DNA of 64,000 nt from Theionarchaea archaeon (lineage in GTDB: Archaea; Methanobacteriota_B; Thermococci; Methanofastidiosales; SZ-28-30), in the NCBI GenBank assembly GCA_018992685.1, contig JACVGT010000019.1, positions 64,001-128,000 of the forward strand. Direction: 5' to 3'. The notes beneath the pieces were generated by a model that searched no databases, was not told where the DNA came from, and was given only the letters and a program-made list of their open reading frames with translations. Numbering within the stretch: position 1 is the first letter of the stretch; each line of letters opens with the position of its first letter. This document shows, piece by piece, positions 30,654 to 40,168 of this stretch. Made by a program: the position numbers and the translations under genes.

Positions 30654-31079
30654 TCACCGTGAGTCAATGTAGGGCCTCTCATTGTCAAACCTCAGATAAA
30701 GAAGAACACACACAATAGTATTTCCCGCCAGCAACACGAATAGTCGCTGTACGATTGAATGTGTAACAAAGACGGCAAGAAAAACACAGAAAATGATAAT
30801 ACTCCCTATGACAACATACGACGTAAGAAGTGGTCCCAGCCATTGAGGCCACTTCAACCGGGACCTTGGTTTTCCGAAATCGTACGAGAGGCCCGGTTTC
30901 TTTCCAGTCATCATGTGGAGTCCCCTGATCATGACTGTGACACAAAGCAGGAGCAGGGGAGCAAGAAGTCGAAGACTCCATATCCCTGTATAGGCCTGAA
31001 GTAGCAGGACTCCTATGAGGAATGCGAAGGAAAAACACACAGCAGCAAACCCTGTTATCCTGGTGACCTGGGGTTGCAT
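30654..31079 (-). CDS. 4-TM hypothetical membrane protein, paralogue B
   Basis: Same length (141 aa); shared LQ.YTG, MMTG.K.GLSYDF, QRLF.LL.GNT.VC.LLY.RF. Confidence 0.75.
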   Translation of the reverse strand: MQPQVTRITGFAAVCFSFAFLIGVLLLQAYTGIWSLRLLAPLLLLCVTVMIRGLHMMTGKKPGLSYDFGKPRSRLKWPQWLGPLLTSYVVIGSIIIFCVFLAVFVTHSIVQRLFVLLAGNTIVCVLLYLRFDNERPYIDSR

Positions 31080-31327
31080 GAGTCATGTTACCAAGTATTC
31101 TTAAAAGAGTTTCTATTCCTATGTTGTGAGTTTCCTCCATGAACAAAGGTATTCGTCAGTCTATCAAGAAATTCAGAATCTCTATTGTCTGAAATTCTAG
31201 AAAAGGATTTACCTCCCAACACAAGGAGTTTACTTACATGAATATAGAATCAATAGTCACTCCAGAATATATAGAATGTATAGGCAAGCCTTTTATATAG
31301 GGTATCCCTTACCACTCAGGTGACATT

Positions 31328-32560
31328 ATGAAGGGTCCTTTAAGTATTGGAATTGGATTTAGTGACACTGGCGATGCTGAAAAAGCAGCAAAAGACGCAC
31401 AAGAGATGGCAGGAACGAAAATTGGCTTTGCTATTCTGTTCTCCTCCTCTCACTATGATCCCACCAAGGTATATGAGGACACATCCTCAGTGTTCAAAGA
31501 CGCAAACATCATTGGGTGTACGACAGCAGGCGAACTGTGCAACCTGGCAAAGAATACTACCACAGATTCTGTGGCTGTTCTGGGCATCGGTGGAGCTCGT
31601 ATGCGAACAGCAGTGGGTGTGGGAACTGGTCTCTCACAACGAGGAGAGCAGGCAGGTGCAGAGGCTGCTACTTCAGCGTATCAATCTTTGAATTTTGATC
31701 CTTATACCATGTTTGTGGGAATGATGCATAAGACGCCTCTTGACCTGGTTAAGATGAAGATGTTCTTGAATGTCATCATACCAGACGGTCTTTCTGCAGG
31801 GGAAGAGAATTTTCTGAGAGGACTGGTAACAGTGACAGGACGAAATTCTCCCATAATTGGCGGTTCTGCTGGAGACGATCTCGACCTGAAGAAGACATAC
31901 CAATTCGGCAATGGAGTGTACAGTGATGCAGGAGTCCTGGGAGTTATTACCGGGGGCATCAAGCTGGGAACTGCTATCGGAAACAGTTATGTCCCTGTCT
32001 CGGGGAAAGGAGCCGCAGTGACCAAGTCCAAAGGGAGAACAGTTCAGGAGTTTAACAACAGACCCGCAGGTGAGGTGATGAAAGAACTGCTGGGCGTTGA
32101 CGAGCTGACCTTTGACCTCAATGCACAGAAACCCCTGGGATTCAAGAGTGTGGATGTCTCCAATGAGTATGTGATACGCAGCATCAGCCAGGAGAACCCT
32201 GATGGGAGTCTGAATTTCTTTTCTGAGATTCCTCAGGGTGTGTACTTCAGCGTTATGGAGACTAACAAAGAACTCCTGGAAAAGCGATTCAGTGAGACAC
32301 TGAGAAAGGCTTTATCTGACGCTGGGAATCCCAAGGAAGTGGGCGCTGTGGTAGTATTCAATTGTATTTACAAGCACCTTGCCAACGTCCGGTGCGGGTG
32401 CAATGACTTTTCTGTCATACGAGAAGAACTGGGAAGGGATGTTCCAGTAATTGGGTTCAATACGTATGGTGAGCAAGGCTCAACCTCAGGAGGCGCAGTG
32501 GGACATCACAACCAGACCTCATCGCTCATGATTATTGGGAATGAGCTGGTATCACAGTGA
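31328..32560 (+). CDS. Stand-alone FIST (FIST-N plus FIST-C) sensory protein
   Basis: IGCTTAGE, IIGGSAGD, FNC, GFNTYGEQ, HHNQT; SD aggtga. Confidence 0.9.
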   Translation: MKGPLSIGIGFSDTGDAEKAAKDAQEMAGTKIGFAILFSSSHYDPTKVYEDTSSVFKDANIIGCTTAGELCNLAKNTTTDSVAVLGIGGARMRTAVGVGTGLSQRGEQAGAEAATSAYQSLNFDPYTMFVGMMHKTPLDLVKMKMFLNVIIPDGLSAGEENFLRGLVTVTGRNSPIIGGSAGDDLDLKKTYQFGNGVYSDAGVLGVITGGIKLGTAIGNSYVPVSGKGAAVTKSKGRTVQEFNNRPAGEVMKELLGVDELTFDLNAQKPLGFKSVDVSNEYVIRSISQENPDGSLNFFSEIPQGVYFSVMETNKELLEKRFSETLRKALSDAGNPKEVGAVVVFNCIYKHLANVRCGCNDFSVIREELGRDVPVIGFNTYGEQGSTSGGAVGHHNQTSSLMIIGNELVSQ

Positions 32561-32932
32561 CGATTCTCTCAGATCAAGACCAGAGTTATATCCTCCTACC
32601 TTTCCTTTTTTGCAGAAAACATCTTTGTCTTCGGTGGTTTGCTGGTAGAATGGTTCTTTGCAGTTCGATTCTTTCATTACCTCATTGATGCAGACAACTT
32701 CTCACGTGGTGCCCTCCCCATAGGTCTGTCGACCTGTGTTCTGCCACTTCTCGTCACCTTGCCAGCATACGACATGGTCTGAACGTGTTTTCTGCACTTC
32801 ATGCAAGTATCTCCTGTTGTGGCTCTATCCTTGCGACCTCAGAGAGCGTGGGGGTGCACGTTTTTCCTGTGACACAAATGAAGACGCCGTGAAGAAAGGT
32901 ATCTTTAAAAAGAAGGACGCAAAGGAGTAAAG

Positions 32933-33313
32933 ATGAAAGTGAAACTAGCAATACTCTTGGGCATACTTCTCCTATCCAGCTACCCAGTTGCTGGCCTTGC
33001 AGTCATACCGCCTCCTCCTCCCCCATCTGTTCCTCAGCCCCCGAATTCAAATAGCATGATGGCTCCTCTTGCTCAGAACAGGCTTTCAATCGTTCTTTCC
33101 TTACAGCAAGAAGCCTACGATCTTCTGGATCAGGCCAGTGAACAGGGACTGGACGTTGAGGATATTGCGAATTCCATTTCGGAAGCGGATGCCCTTGTGG
33201 AGAAAGCCAGACAGATTGTCCTGTCAAACCCCATTTCTGCCCTCAATATGCTGAGGGAAGCTGCTAAAATCTACGAAAAGGCAATATCAGACCTCGAGAC
33301 ACTCCTGAGTTAG
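32933..33313 (+). CDS. Small secreted protein with poly-Pro linker and helical domain
   Basis: Signal peptide, then PPPPPPSVPQPP; SD aaggag; TATA ctttaaaa. Confidence 0.7.
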   Translation: MKVKLAILLGILLLSSYPVAGLAVIPPPPPPSVPQPPNSNSMMAPLAQNRLSIVLSLQQEAYDLLDQASEQGLDVEDIANSISEADALVEKARQIVLSNPISALNMLREAAKIYEKAISDLETLLS

Positions 33314-33377
33314 GTTTTATTTCTATTTTCTTATTTTTGTTCATTTCCACAGCCTTTGCTCACTCATGTCTACGAGG

Positions 33378-33830
33378 TTATGGTTCCTCCTTCGTGGTAA
33401 AGAAGCACCCACAGGTCACTGACTTTCCCACGCCTTTTACCTCCCTCAATCTGTCAATCACCAATTCGCCGATCTTTTCCAGGGAAGAAGATCGTACCTT
33501 GATCATAATGTCCCACTCCCCTGATATGAGATGGACCTCGCACACACCCTCCAATTCAGCAATCTTCTGTGCTACTTCCCGCTGCTTGACGTCCGCTGTG
33601 GGGAGGAATGAGACCAGAATAAAGGCAGTCACCGGGATTCCAATCTTTTTGTAATCAGGGATGACAGTGAACTTCTTGATTATTCCGTCCTGGATCATTT
33701 TCTTGATTCTGTGATGAACAGTTGTCCTGGGAATTCCCATCTTCTTGGAAATCTCCTTCGTTTTCAGTCGTGAATTGCTCTTCAACATCTTGATGATTGT
33801 CTCATCCTTATCATCCAACATGATTATCAT
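33378..33830 (-). CDS. Lrp/AsnC family transcriptional regulator
   Basis: LDDKD..II..L..NSR, TTVHHRIKKM..DGIIKKF, EVHLISGEWD. The start could be 33821. Confidence 0.95.
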   Translation of the reverse strand: MIIMLDDKDETIIKMLKSNSRLKTKEISKKMGIPRTTVHHRIKKMIQDGIIKKFTVIPDYKKIGIPVTAFILVSFLPTADVKQREVAQKIAELEGVCEVHLISGEWDIMIKVRSSSLEKIGELVIDRLREVKGVGKSVTCGCFFTTKEEP

Positions 33831-33866
33831 AATGACAATTACTATATATAAATGCTTGCATACATC

Positions 33867-33906
33867 CAACAATATGACCATTTTTTTATCCAAAAGTTTA
33901 AGAAGG
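33867..33906 (+). promoter_or_regulatory. Promoter/operator motif copy 1 (upstream of the PEPCK-like gene)
   Basis: caacaatatgaccatttttttatccaaaagtttaagaagg, similar to 35789-35828. Confidence 0.55.
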
Positions 33907-33920
33907 GTTCCCGGACTACA

Positions 33921-35750
33921 ATGAGAATGCTTGAAGTAGAGCCAGGGTACTACCTGGATGAATCCCAGGTGATGGTAGCCCCACAGGACCAGGATTTCAT
34001 GTCACTGTTGAAAGACTACTATGTCATAACGAAAGATGGTCAGTACCTGTTTGCTTCCCAACAGACAGGAAGAAGGCCTGACAGAGTCTTCTATATGGTG
34101 CCTCCGGGGTACAGGCTGGGAAAGAACCAGAAAGCTTTTGACCCGGAGACAGGACACCAGCTCTACGCCATTGTGAAAGAGTATCTCAGAACCGTTCCTA
34201 CCATCGTTCAGGATGGAATTCAGGGGGATCCGGGATATGAAACGGGGATCAGGGTGGTCATAAGCATAGAGAATCCACACAGTGCGTATCTTGGTTGGTT
34301 TGGAAAGCTGATGATTTTTCCTCCCAAAAAGTCCGTGAAGGTGAGCTGCTTCAACTACATTGTACCAGAAAGACTTCCCACACGGTACATCACGAAGATC
34401 AGGAGCGTCTGGCCTGATTACAGCCCCGGTGAGCCCATTACGCTGTATGACTTTACTGGCATTGAAACGGATGTACGACGGGTGATCAGTCTGGGAGTGG
34501 ACTACTTCGGTGGTGCCTACAAGAAGCCCAACCTGACAATGGTGTGGAACAGGGGGGAGTATGACGGTCTCATATCATACCATGCTGGATGTACAAGGGA
34601 CATGGTCATGAAAGGACTGAGTGGTACGGGGAAGACCACGCTCACGGTGGGACCAACCATTGAACAAGATGACGCACTGCTTGGAATTCCCGAATACACC
34701 AACGGAAGAATCGCCCGTGTCCGTATCATAGGACTGGAGGCTGCAAGCTTCGCTAAATCAGAAGAACTCACCCCGGAAAGCCCCGAGTGGGAAGGGTTGA
34801 TGAAATCCAGGTCCGTGGAATCAGGAACCCGCCACATTGTCCTGGCCCTGAATATTGATTGTGAGGGTGTGTTCTTTGTCACAAGGACAAGCGGCAATCA
34901 CAGAGTCAGAGTCCCCCTGAAAATACCGGGACATCCCATTGGCTCACTCCTGTGCACAGACTATACACAGAGCAGGACCACCAATGGACGATTCATCTTC
35001 CAGTTCAACGAGCTTAATAAAGAGTGGAGCAGGGAGCCCCTGTACCTGAGATGCGAAGGTCTTGCTTTCAAGAGAGCCACCATTCTTGATCCCGTATTCC
35101 GGGTCCTTGACCCTCTCATGGCTGTCGCCCTAGACAGTGCCTGCGAGACCAAGATAACCTCAGCCATTGCTGGCCAGACAATTGGAAAAAAAGTCATGTC
35201 CTATGCCGCAACTGATTTCATGGCAGGCGAGGAATCCCGTCAGGCTCTGCTGAAGCTGACAGTATATCAGGATCTGGGACTGGATTTCTCAGGGGGCCTG
35301 TTGTTCTTCATAGTGAATTCCGGATACTATGGAAGTACAGAGAGGAAAAAAGGAGAGAAGATACCAGTGAAGGACACGAAGAGACTCATCGATCTAGTCA
35401 TCCATAAGAGAATTAAGAAGTGGCTGCCACATCCCATTTTCAGGTATCTGATTCCGCACCCAGAAGAACTTGAATGTGAACACTGCATAAAAAACTACGC
35501 ACGACGGTTTAATCCCCTGAATTACTACAGCCCTGAGAAGGTCCTGGAGCTGGCAAGAAGGGACATAAAAGAGAGAACAGCCTTTCTGGAGGGGCTATTC
35601 GGTAATGAAGAGGGCGGAGACGAACTATATGAGGTTATCCATGTGTGGGACTCACTTGACCTTCCCACTGTCGATGAGCTGGAGGCTTTCTATGAAGCAC
35701 ACTATGCTGTAACCGAGGAACCCCTGACTCAGGCTCTTTACTGGTTTTGA
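33921..35750 (+). CDS. Divergent PEP carboxykinase (ATP)-like protein
   Basis: YFGGAYKK, HAGC, P-loop GLSGTGKTTLT, QDD, FAK, TTNGR. Confidence 0.7.
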   Translation: MRMLEVEPGYYLDESQVMVAPQDQDFMSLLKDYYVITKDGQYLFASQQTGRRPDRVFYMVPPGYRLGKNQKAFDPETGHQLYAIVKEYLRTVPTIVQDGIQGDPGYETGIRVVISIENPHSAYLGWFGKLMIFPPKKSVKVSCFNYIVPERLPTRYITKIRSVWPDYSPGEPITLYDFTGIETDVRRVISLGVDYFGGAYKKPNLTMVWNRGEYDGLISYHAGCTRDMVMKGLSGTGKTTLTVGPTIEQDDALLGIPEYTNGRIARVRIIGLEAASFAKSEELTPESPEWEGLMKSRSVESGTRHIVLALNIDCEGVFFVTRTSGNHRVRVPLKIPGHPIGSLLCTDYTQSRTTNGRFIFQFNELNKEWSREPLYLRCEGLAFKRATILDPVFRVLDPLMAVALDSACETKITSAIAGQTIGKKVMSYAATDFMAGEESRQALLKLTVYQDLGLDFSGGLLFFIVNSGYYGSTERKKGEKIPVKDTKRLIDLVIHKRIKKWLPHPIFRYLIPHPEELECEHCIKNYARRFNPLNYYSPEKVLELARRDIKERTAFLEGLFGNEEGGDELYEVIHVWDSLDLPTVDELEAFYEAHYAVTEEPLTQALYWF

Positions 35751-35788
35751 CACAAAGACAATATTTCGGTAAGGAATTGTACTTTTTT

Positions 35789-35828
35789 CAACATAGAGAC
35801 GACATTTTTAACAAAATGTTTAATAAGG
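35789..35828 (+). promoter_or_regulatory. Promoter/operator motif copy 2 (upstream of asnA)
   Basis: caacatagagacgacatttttaacaaaatgtttaataagg, containing the inverted repeat acatttt-N4-aaaatgt. Confidence 0.55.
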
Positions 35829-35847
35829 TGGGGAATATGAACACTGT

Positions 35848-36784
35848 ATGAAATCAATCGAAGACGCTGTCAGATTCAGGTATTTGAATATACGCACTGA
35901 CAGGTCACGAGCTATCCTGAAGATACAACACGTACTCATAGGCGCCCTGAGAGAGTTCCTCACAGAACATGGATTCTGCCAGATTCTGGCACCTGTGGTG
36001 GGTCCAGTTACTGATCCGGGTATCAGAGGGGCTGGCATCGTTCACTTTGATTTTTATGGAACGTCCTACGCCATTATGAGCAGTATGATTCTGTACAAGC
36101 AAATGGCTTTGGGCGCTTTTGAGAGCATTTTTTCTCTGTCACCCAATGTGCGGCTTGAGGAAGCATCCACCATTGACACCGGAAGGCATCTGGCTGAATT
36201 CTACCAGCTTGACCTTGAGTCTGCCAGGAAGAGTTGCCAGGAGATGATGGACCTGGGAGAAGGAATGATATGTCACTCTATGGACGCAATACGAGAATGC
36301 TCGGAGGAACTGGATACCCTGGGCAGACATCTTCCTTCTTTACACCCCCCCCTTCAAGAGGATAGCCCATAGAACACTTGAAGAACAGCTGTCCATACAC
36401 GGTGAAATACCGTTTGAGAAAGAATATGATCTTTCCAGGGCTTCTTCAGAACCATTTTGGATCTATGATTATCCTGTGGGGTCTCGAGGGTTTTACTACC
36501 TGGAAAAAGATGGGGTTCTCAAGTCCATGGATTTGATCATGCCTGAAGGGTTTGGAGAAGTCATCTCCGGGGGAGAACGAGAGGTTAGATATGAGGAAGT
36601 GAGAAGGCTCCTCACGAAAGAGGGAATTGCTGATGAGTACTCCTGGTATCTGGATATGTTGAAGGCAGGTGTCCCGCCTTCAGCAGGATTTGGGTTGGGC
36701 ATTGAACGGTTTACACGCTATGTGTGCGGGCTGGACCACATCTGGGAGAGTTCCCCCTTCCCAAAAGTTCCCGGTATTCCATAA
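35848..36784 (+). pseudogene. asnA: Archaeal asparagine synthetase A (AsnRS-like), split by a +1 frameshift at a C8 run (36345-36352)
   Basis: SMILYKQ, SPNVRLE, TGRHLAEFYQLDLE in frame 1. Removing one C gives LHPPFKRIAHR...PFWIYDYP...GEVISGGERE...SAGFGLGIERF...FPKVPG. Confidence 0.85.
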
Positions 36785-36901
36785 TGGTGATGGATACGTG
36801 GTGACTCAGGGTTCCAGGAGCACAGGCAGGGGAATCTGCACTTTAATCTCCTGTAATTCGTGGATAGAGAAGAGAGGAGTCTGTCCTCCTCCACCACATT
36901 C

Positions 36902-37993
36902 TCAGAATTCTCGAGCAACAGGCCTGTGGGCATTCCATAGTTGAGCCGGATTGAGACAGGTGAATTCCTTTGAAAGGCAGGGAGCTATCAGTGACATAAC
37001 ATTCCCTCCACCACTGATCCATTTTTCCCACGCCTGTTTGGCGCGGCCGTCGGAAGCGTACAATCCCATGCTCTTGAACGGTTCCAGACTCTCCTGGTCG
37101 TACAGGAAACTCCATATCGCCAATTCCATTTCAAGGTCCTGAGTTAGCTTGAAAAACCTTTCAACAAATTCGGCTTGTTCTGATTCGCTGCTCTCCCAAC
37201 CTGGAGGACTGGAATCTGTGTGCTAGCCAATCTCAACAAATGCGATGGGGTTTTGTGTGTGCTGTTGAATGTCTGTGTAGTAGTCTGCGGGGATTTTTGA
37301 AGGCGTCTCATATATCAATCCCGGATAGGTGGTGAAGGCTGCAATGTCTGAAGCGAATCTATCAAGGAGGAACCAGTGAGCAGTCTCTGGATCATTTGCA
37401 CCGCCATATAATCCGCCGTTCAGTCCTTTCATTTTTTCCAGTTGAAAGACAGTGAAGACCACAGTGCTTGGTGACACTTCTTTCACTGCATCATACACCT
37501 CACGGTAGAGCGTGACGAATTTCTCAAAGTCAGCAGGGGACTTTTGATAGAGAACATTCACCTCAATGCCGAAGCCGAGATATTCGGGGCTATGTGTTCG
37601 GGCAAAGGTGACTGCACTGGTCACGTAAGTCTGGGTTGTCGCTTCATTCAGGGGGCGTGCTACCCTTCCAGTAGACTGTGTGAAAAATTGAGTTAATACG
37701 AGGGGAGTATAGTGGTAGGTTGAAGCCAAGTCTGTTATGACGGCTGGACCGCCCCTGTCTGTCTCAAGCTCAATCCAATCTCCAGTCCAGGATATGATTT
37801 CTCCTGCCAGGACCGCTTTCTCAAAGAACTCTGTGAAATCATCAGCCCGGAAGCTCTTTGGAGAAAGACTGACACCTTTCAGTGGAATGGATTCCCTTCT
37901 GGTTTCTGCCAGATGACTGTCTTCCTGCCCAATGCAGGTAGTCAGTAGGGCCACAATGACAAGGATGATCATTATTCCTGCTGGGTTCTTCAT
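36902..37993 (-). pseudogene. Glycoside-hydrolase-like (clan GH-A TIM barrel) lipoprotein interrupted by an in-frame TAG at 37223-37225
   Basis: Lipobox LLTTC, GIEVN, FTTYP, FVEIG*; the same frame continues HTDSSPPGWESSESEQAEF...WSFLYD...SMGL...K.AW. Confidence 0.75.
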
Positions 37994-38179
37994 GGCATCG
38001 TCTTGTTCTCACCAGTTAAGTGGTTTACCCTTGCAGGGCCAGGAGACCCAGAAGCTGAACCCAGAGATTCCAGTCCTCCCGGTGTTGCCTTCTTGTGCTG
38101 TAGCGACGGCATTCATTTCCGTGCCGGCCCCACCCTTGTGAACAAAAACCCTTTTGTAGGTCGAGGTCTGAGATAGCTC

Positions 38180-38704
38180 ATGAGGATCGCCATTACAGGG
38201 ACCCCGGGTGTGGGAAAGACTTCTGTAGCAAGAGAAATATCTGAAGCATTGGGACTAACCCTTATCGACATATCTGCAGTGGCTGAGAAAAGTGGGGCAG
38301 TAGTGGGAAAAGAAGAAGACAGTCTGGTGGTGGATGTAGAGACCGTGAAGAAATCTCTTGAATCGGTGGATAATATCGTTATCGATTCACATTTCGCAGA
38401 AATGTTCGATGTGGATTTCGTGTTTGTGCTGCGCTGTGAACCCTCGACTCTCTGTGAGAGATTGAAAGCGAGAGGATATTCACAGGAAAAGATACGGGAG
38501 AACGTTTTGGCCGAGATACTGGACTATTCTCTGCAAAATGCTCTCACATTTCACCAACCAGAGAAGATCTTTGAAATTCTTGAGAATCCTGTCCGAGAAA
38601 TAGTGAGTGTCATTAACAATCCAGATACCAAGAGAAGCGCAGCCTGTGGGAGTAAAACCCAGTTCCTCACTGAAGAGAATTTAGCCTTGGTGAGAGAATG
38701 CTAA
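38180..38704 (+). CDS. Adenylate kinase, AK6/Fap7 type
   Basis: ITGTPGVGKT, DSHF, LRC.P..L.ERL..RGY...KI.EN..AE. Confidence 0.9.
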   Translation: MRIAITGTPGVGKTSVAREISEALGLTLIDISAVAEKSGAVVGKEEDSLVVDVETVKKSLESVDNIVIDSHFAEMFDVDFVFVLRCEPSTLCERLKARGYSQEKIRENVLAEILDYSLQNALTFHQPEKIFEILENPVREIVSVINNPDTKRSAACGSKTQFLTEENLALVREC

Positions 38705-38795
38705 CCTGTCTGCTGGAGGCAGGTTCATATGATGTGATGAAGACAGGATACTCACACCATGAACCTTTTTTAGCAATGGGAACGTAGGGTTCACA

Positions 38796-39629
38796 ATGAT
38801 CATTCGGGAGTTTGATCCCTGGAAGTCACGCCTGTGTACCTGTCCACCCAAATACTCTCTGAATCCCTACACAGGATGTGATCATCGATGTGTGTACTGT
38901 TATATTACGGGGTACATTACGAATGCTTTCCACTGCAGGCCAAAATCTGATCTGTTGACCAGTTTGAAAAGGGAATTGAAGAAGATCGACAGCCATAAAA
39001 TCATCTCTATGGCAAACAGTTCAGATCCCTACCCTCAGCTGGAGAGGAAGATGGAATTGACCAGGAAGGTGGTTCTCCTGTTTGCCAGGGAGAACTTCAT
39101 GTTCCACATTGTCACCAAGTCTGATCTCGTAACCCGGGACATTGATGTGTTGAAAGATGCAGCCTGCGCTGTTGCAATCACGATTACCACCATGGACGAG
39201 GTCCTTGCCAGGAGGCTGGAACCAGGGGCGCCTCCTCCTGAAAAGAGAGTTGAAGCACTGAGACGACTGAAAGAGAGCGGAATTCCAGTCTCTGTGAGAA
39301 TTGATCCCATTATCCCTGGGGTTACAGCCCCTGAAGAAGTGCTTCAACAGGTCCCCTTTGTCGACCATGTGACAGCTTCCACACTGAAACTGCGACCTGA
39401 TGCAATCAGGAGAATGATGGCAGCAGTTCCAGAGGTAATGGCAACTCTGAAACCCCTCTATACCGAAAGGATTGGAAATGCCCTGTACTTACCTGAAAGA
39501 GTCCGGTTTCATACGTTGAACTCACTTGAAAAAGCGTGCAGAGAGAACAACGTGTCATTTGGCACCTGCAGAGAAGGGTTGAACAGTGGAAGTAGCTGTG
39601 ATGGGAGTCATCTTATACGTGACAGGTGA
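38796..39629 (+). CDS. Radical SAM protein (SPL-like archaeal family)
   Basis: LNPYTGCDHRCVYCY, SSDPYP, RIDPIIP, CREG..CDGSH. Confidence 0.88.
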   Translation: MIIREFDPWKSRLCTCPPKYSLNPYTGCDHRCVYCYITGYITNAFHCRPKSDLLTSLKRELKKIDSHKIISMANSSDPYPQLERKMELTRKVVLLFARENFMFHIVTKSDLVTRDIDVLKDAACAVAITITTMDEVLARRLEPGAPPPEKRVEALRRLKESGIPVSVRIDPIIPGVTAPEEVLQQVPFVDHVTASTLKLRPDAIRRMMAAVPEVMATLKPLYTERIGNALYLPERVRFHTLNSLEKACRENNVSFGTCREGLNSGSSCDGSHLIRDR

Positions 39630-39655
39630 GAGAGTTCCCACCGGGTGTAGTGCAA

Positions 39656-40168
39656 TCAGATAGGCTGAGAAGCCTCAATAGCCTCTCGGGCAAATTGGTC
39701 CTTCTTGCATGATATACAGTAAGATTCAATGTTGTTCCTGTCCTTATCAAGGAGTCCGACCTTTTCTATCTTCTTTCTGATCTCTTCCATGTGTCTCCTG
39801 GTAGTAATCACTTTCCCACATCCCTGACACAGGATAAGGTCATGTTCAATCTCATCATAGGACTCTGCCCTGTTTAAGGTGGCCATTTCAAACTTCTGGG
39901 TAAGGTTGATCCCCTCCCAGGGGCAGATATCCTGGCAGCTCCGGCAAAAAATGCACAACCCATGGTCGATTCTCATGGTCCTGGTCTTTTTCTCATCTAC
40001 AATGGTGATGGCCTTTGGGGGGCACACCGCAGCGCAGGCGCCGCACCCAACGCACTCATCGGTGAACTCTGTCCTCCCTCTGAATCCTTCAGGGGCTGGA
40101 GAAGGCTCAAACGGATATTTTACTGTAAAAGGTTTCTTAAACAAGGAAAATAGTGCTTCAAGTTCCAT
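39656..40168 (-). CDS. Membrane-bound hydrogenase Fe-S subunit (MbhN/NuoI-like)
   Basis: T.KYPF, CVGCGACAAVCP, CIFCRSCQDICP plus extra CxxC pairs. Confidence 0.9.
   Translation of the reverse strand: MELEALFSLFKKPFTVKYPFEPSPAPEGFRGRTEFTDECVGCGACAAVCPPKAITIVDEKKTRTMRIDHGLCIFCRSCQDICPWEGINLTQKFEMATLNRAESYDEIEHDLILCQGCGKVITTRRHMEEIRKKIEKVGLLDKDRNNIESYCISCKKDQFAREAIEASQPI

Noticed and set aside
37223-37225. Pyrrolysine or genome-wide TAG recoding
   Set aside because: TAG is an ordinary stop for many genes here (e.g. ending at 2938, 5595, 5635, 20023), no pyl genes are present, and the site matches a usual Trp.
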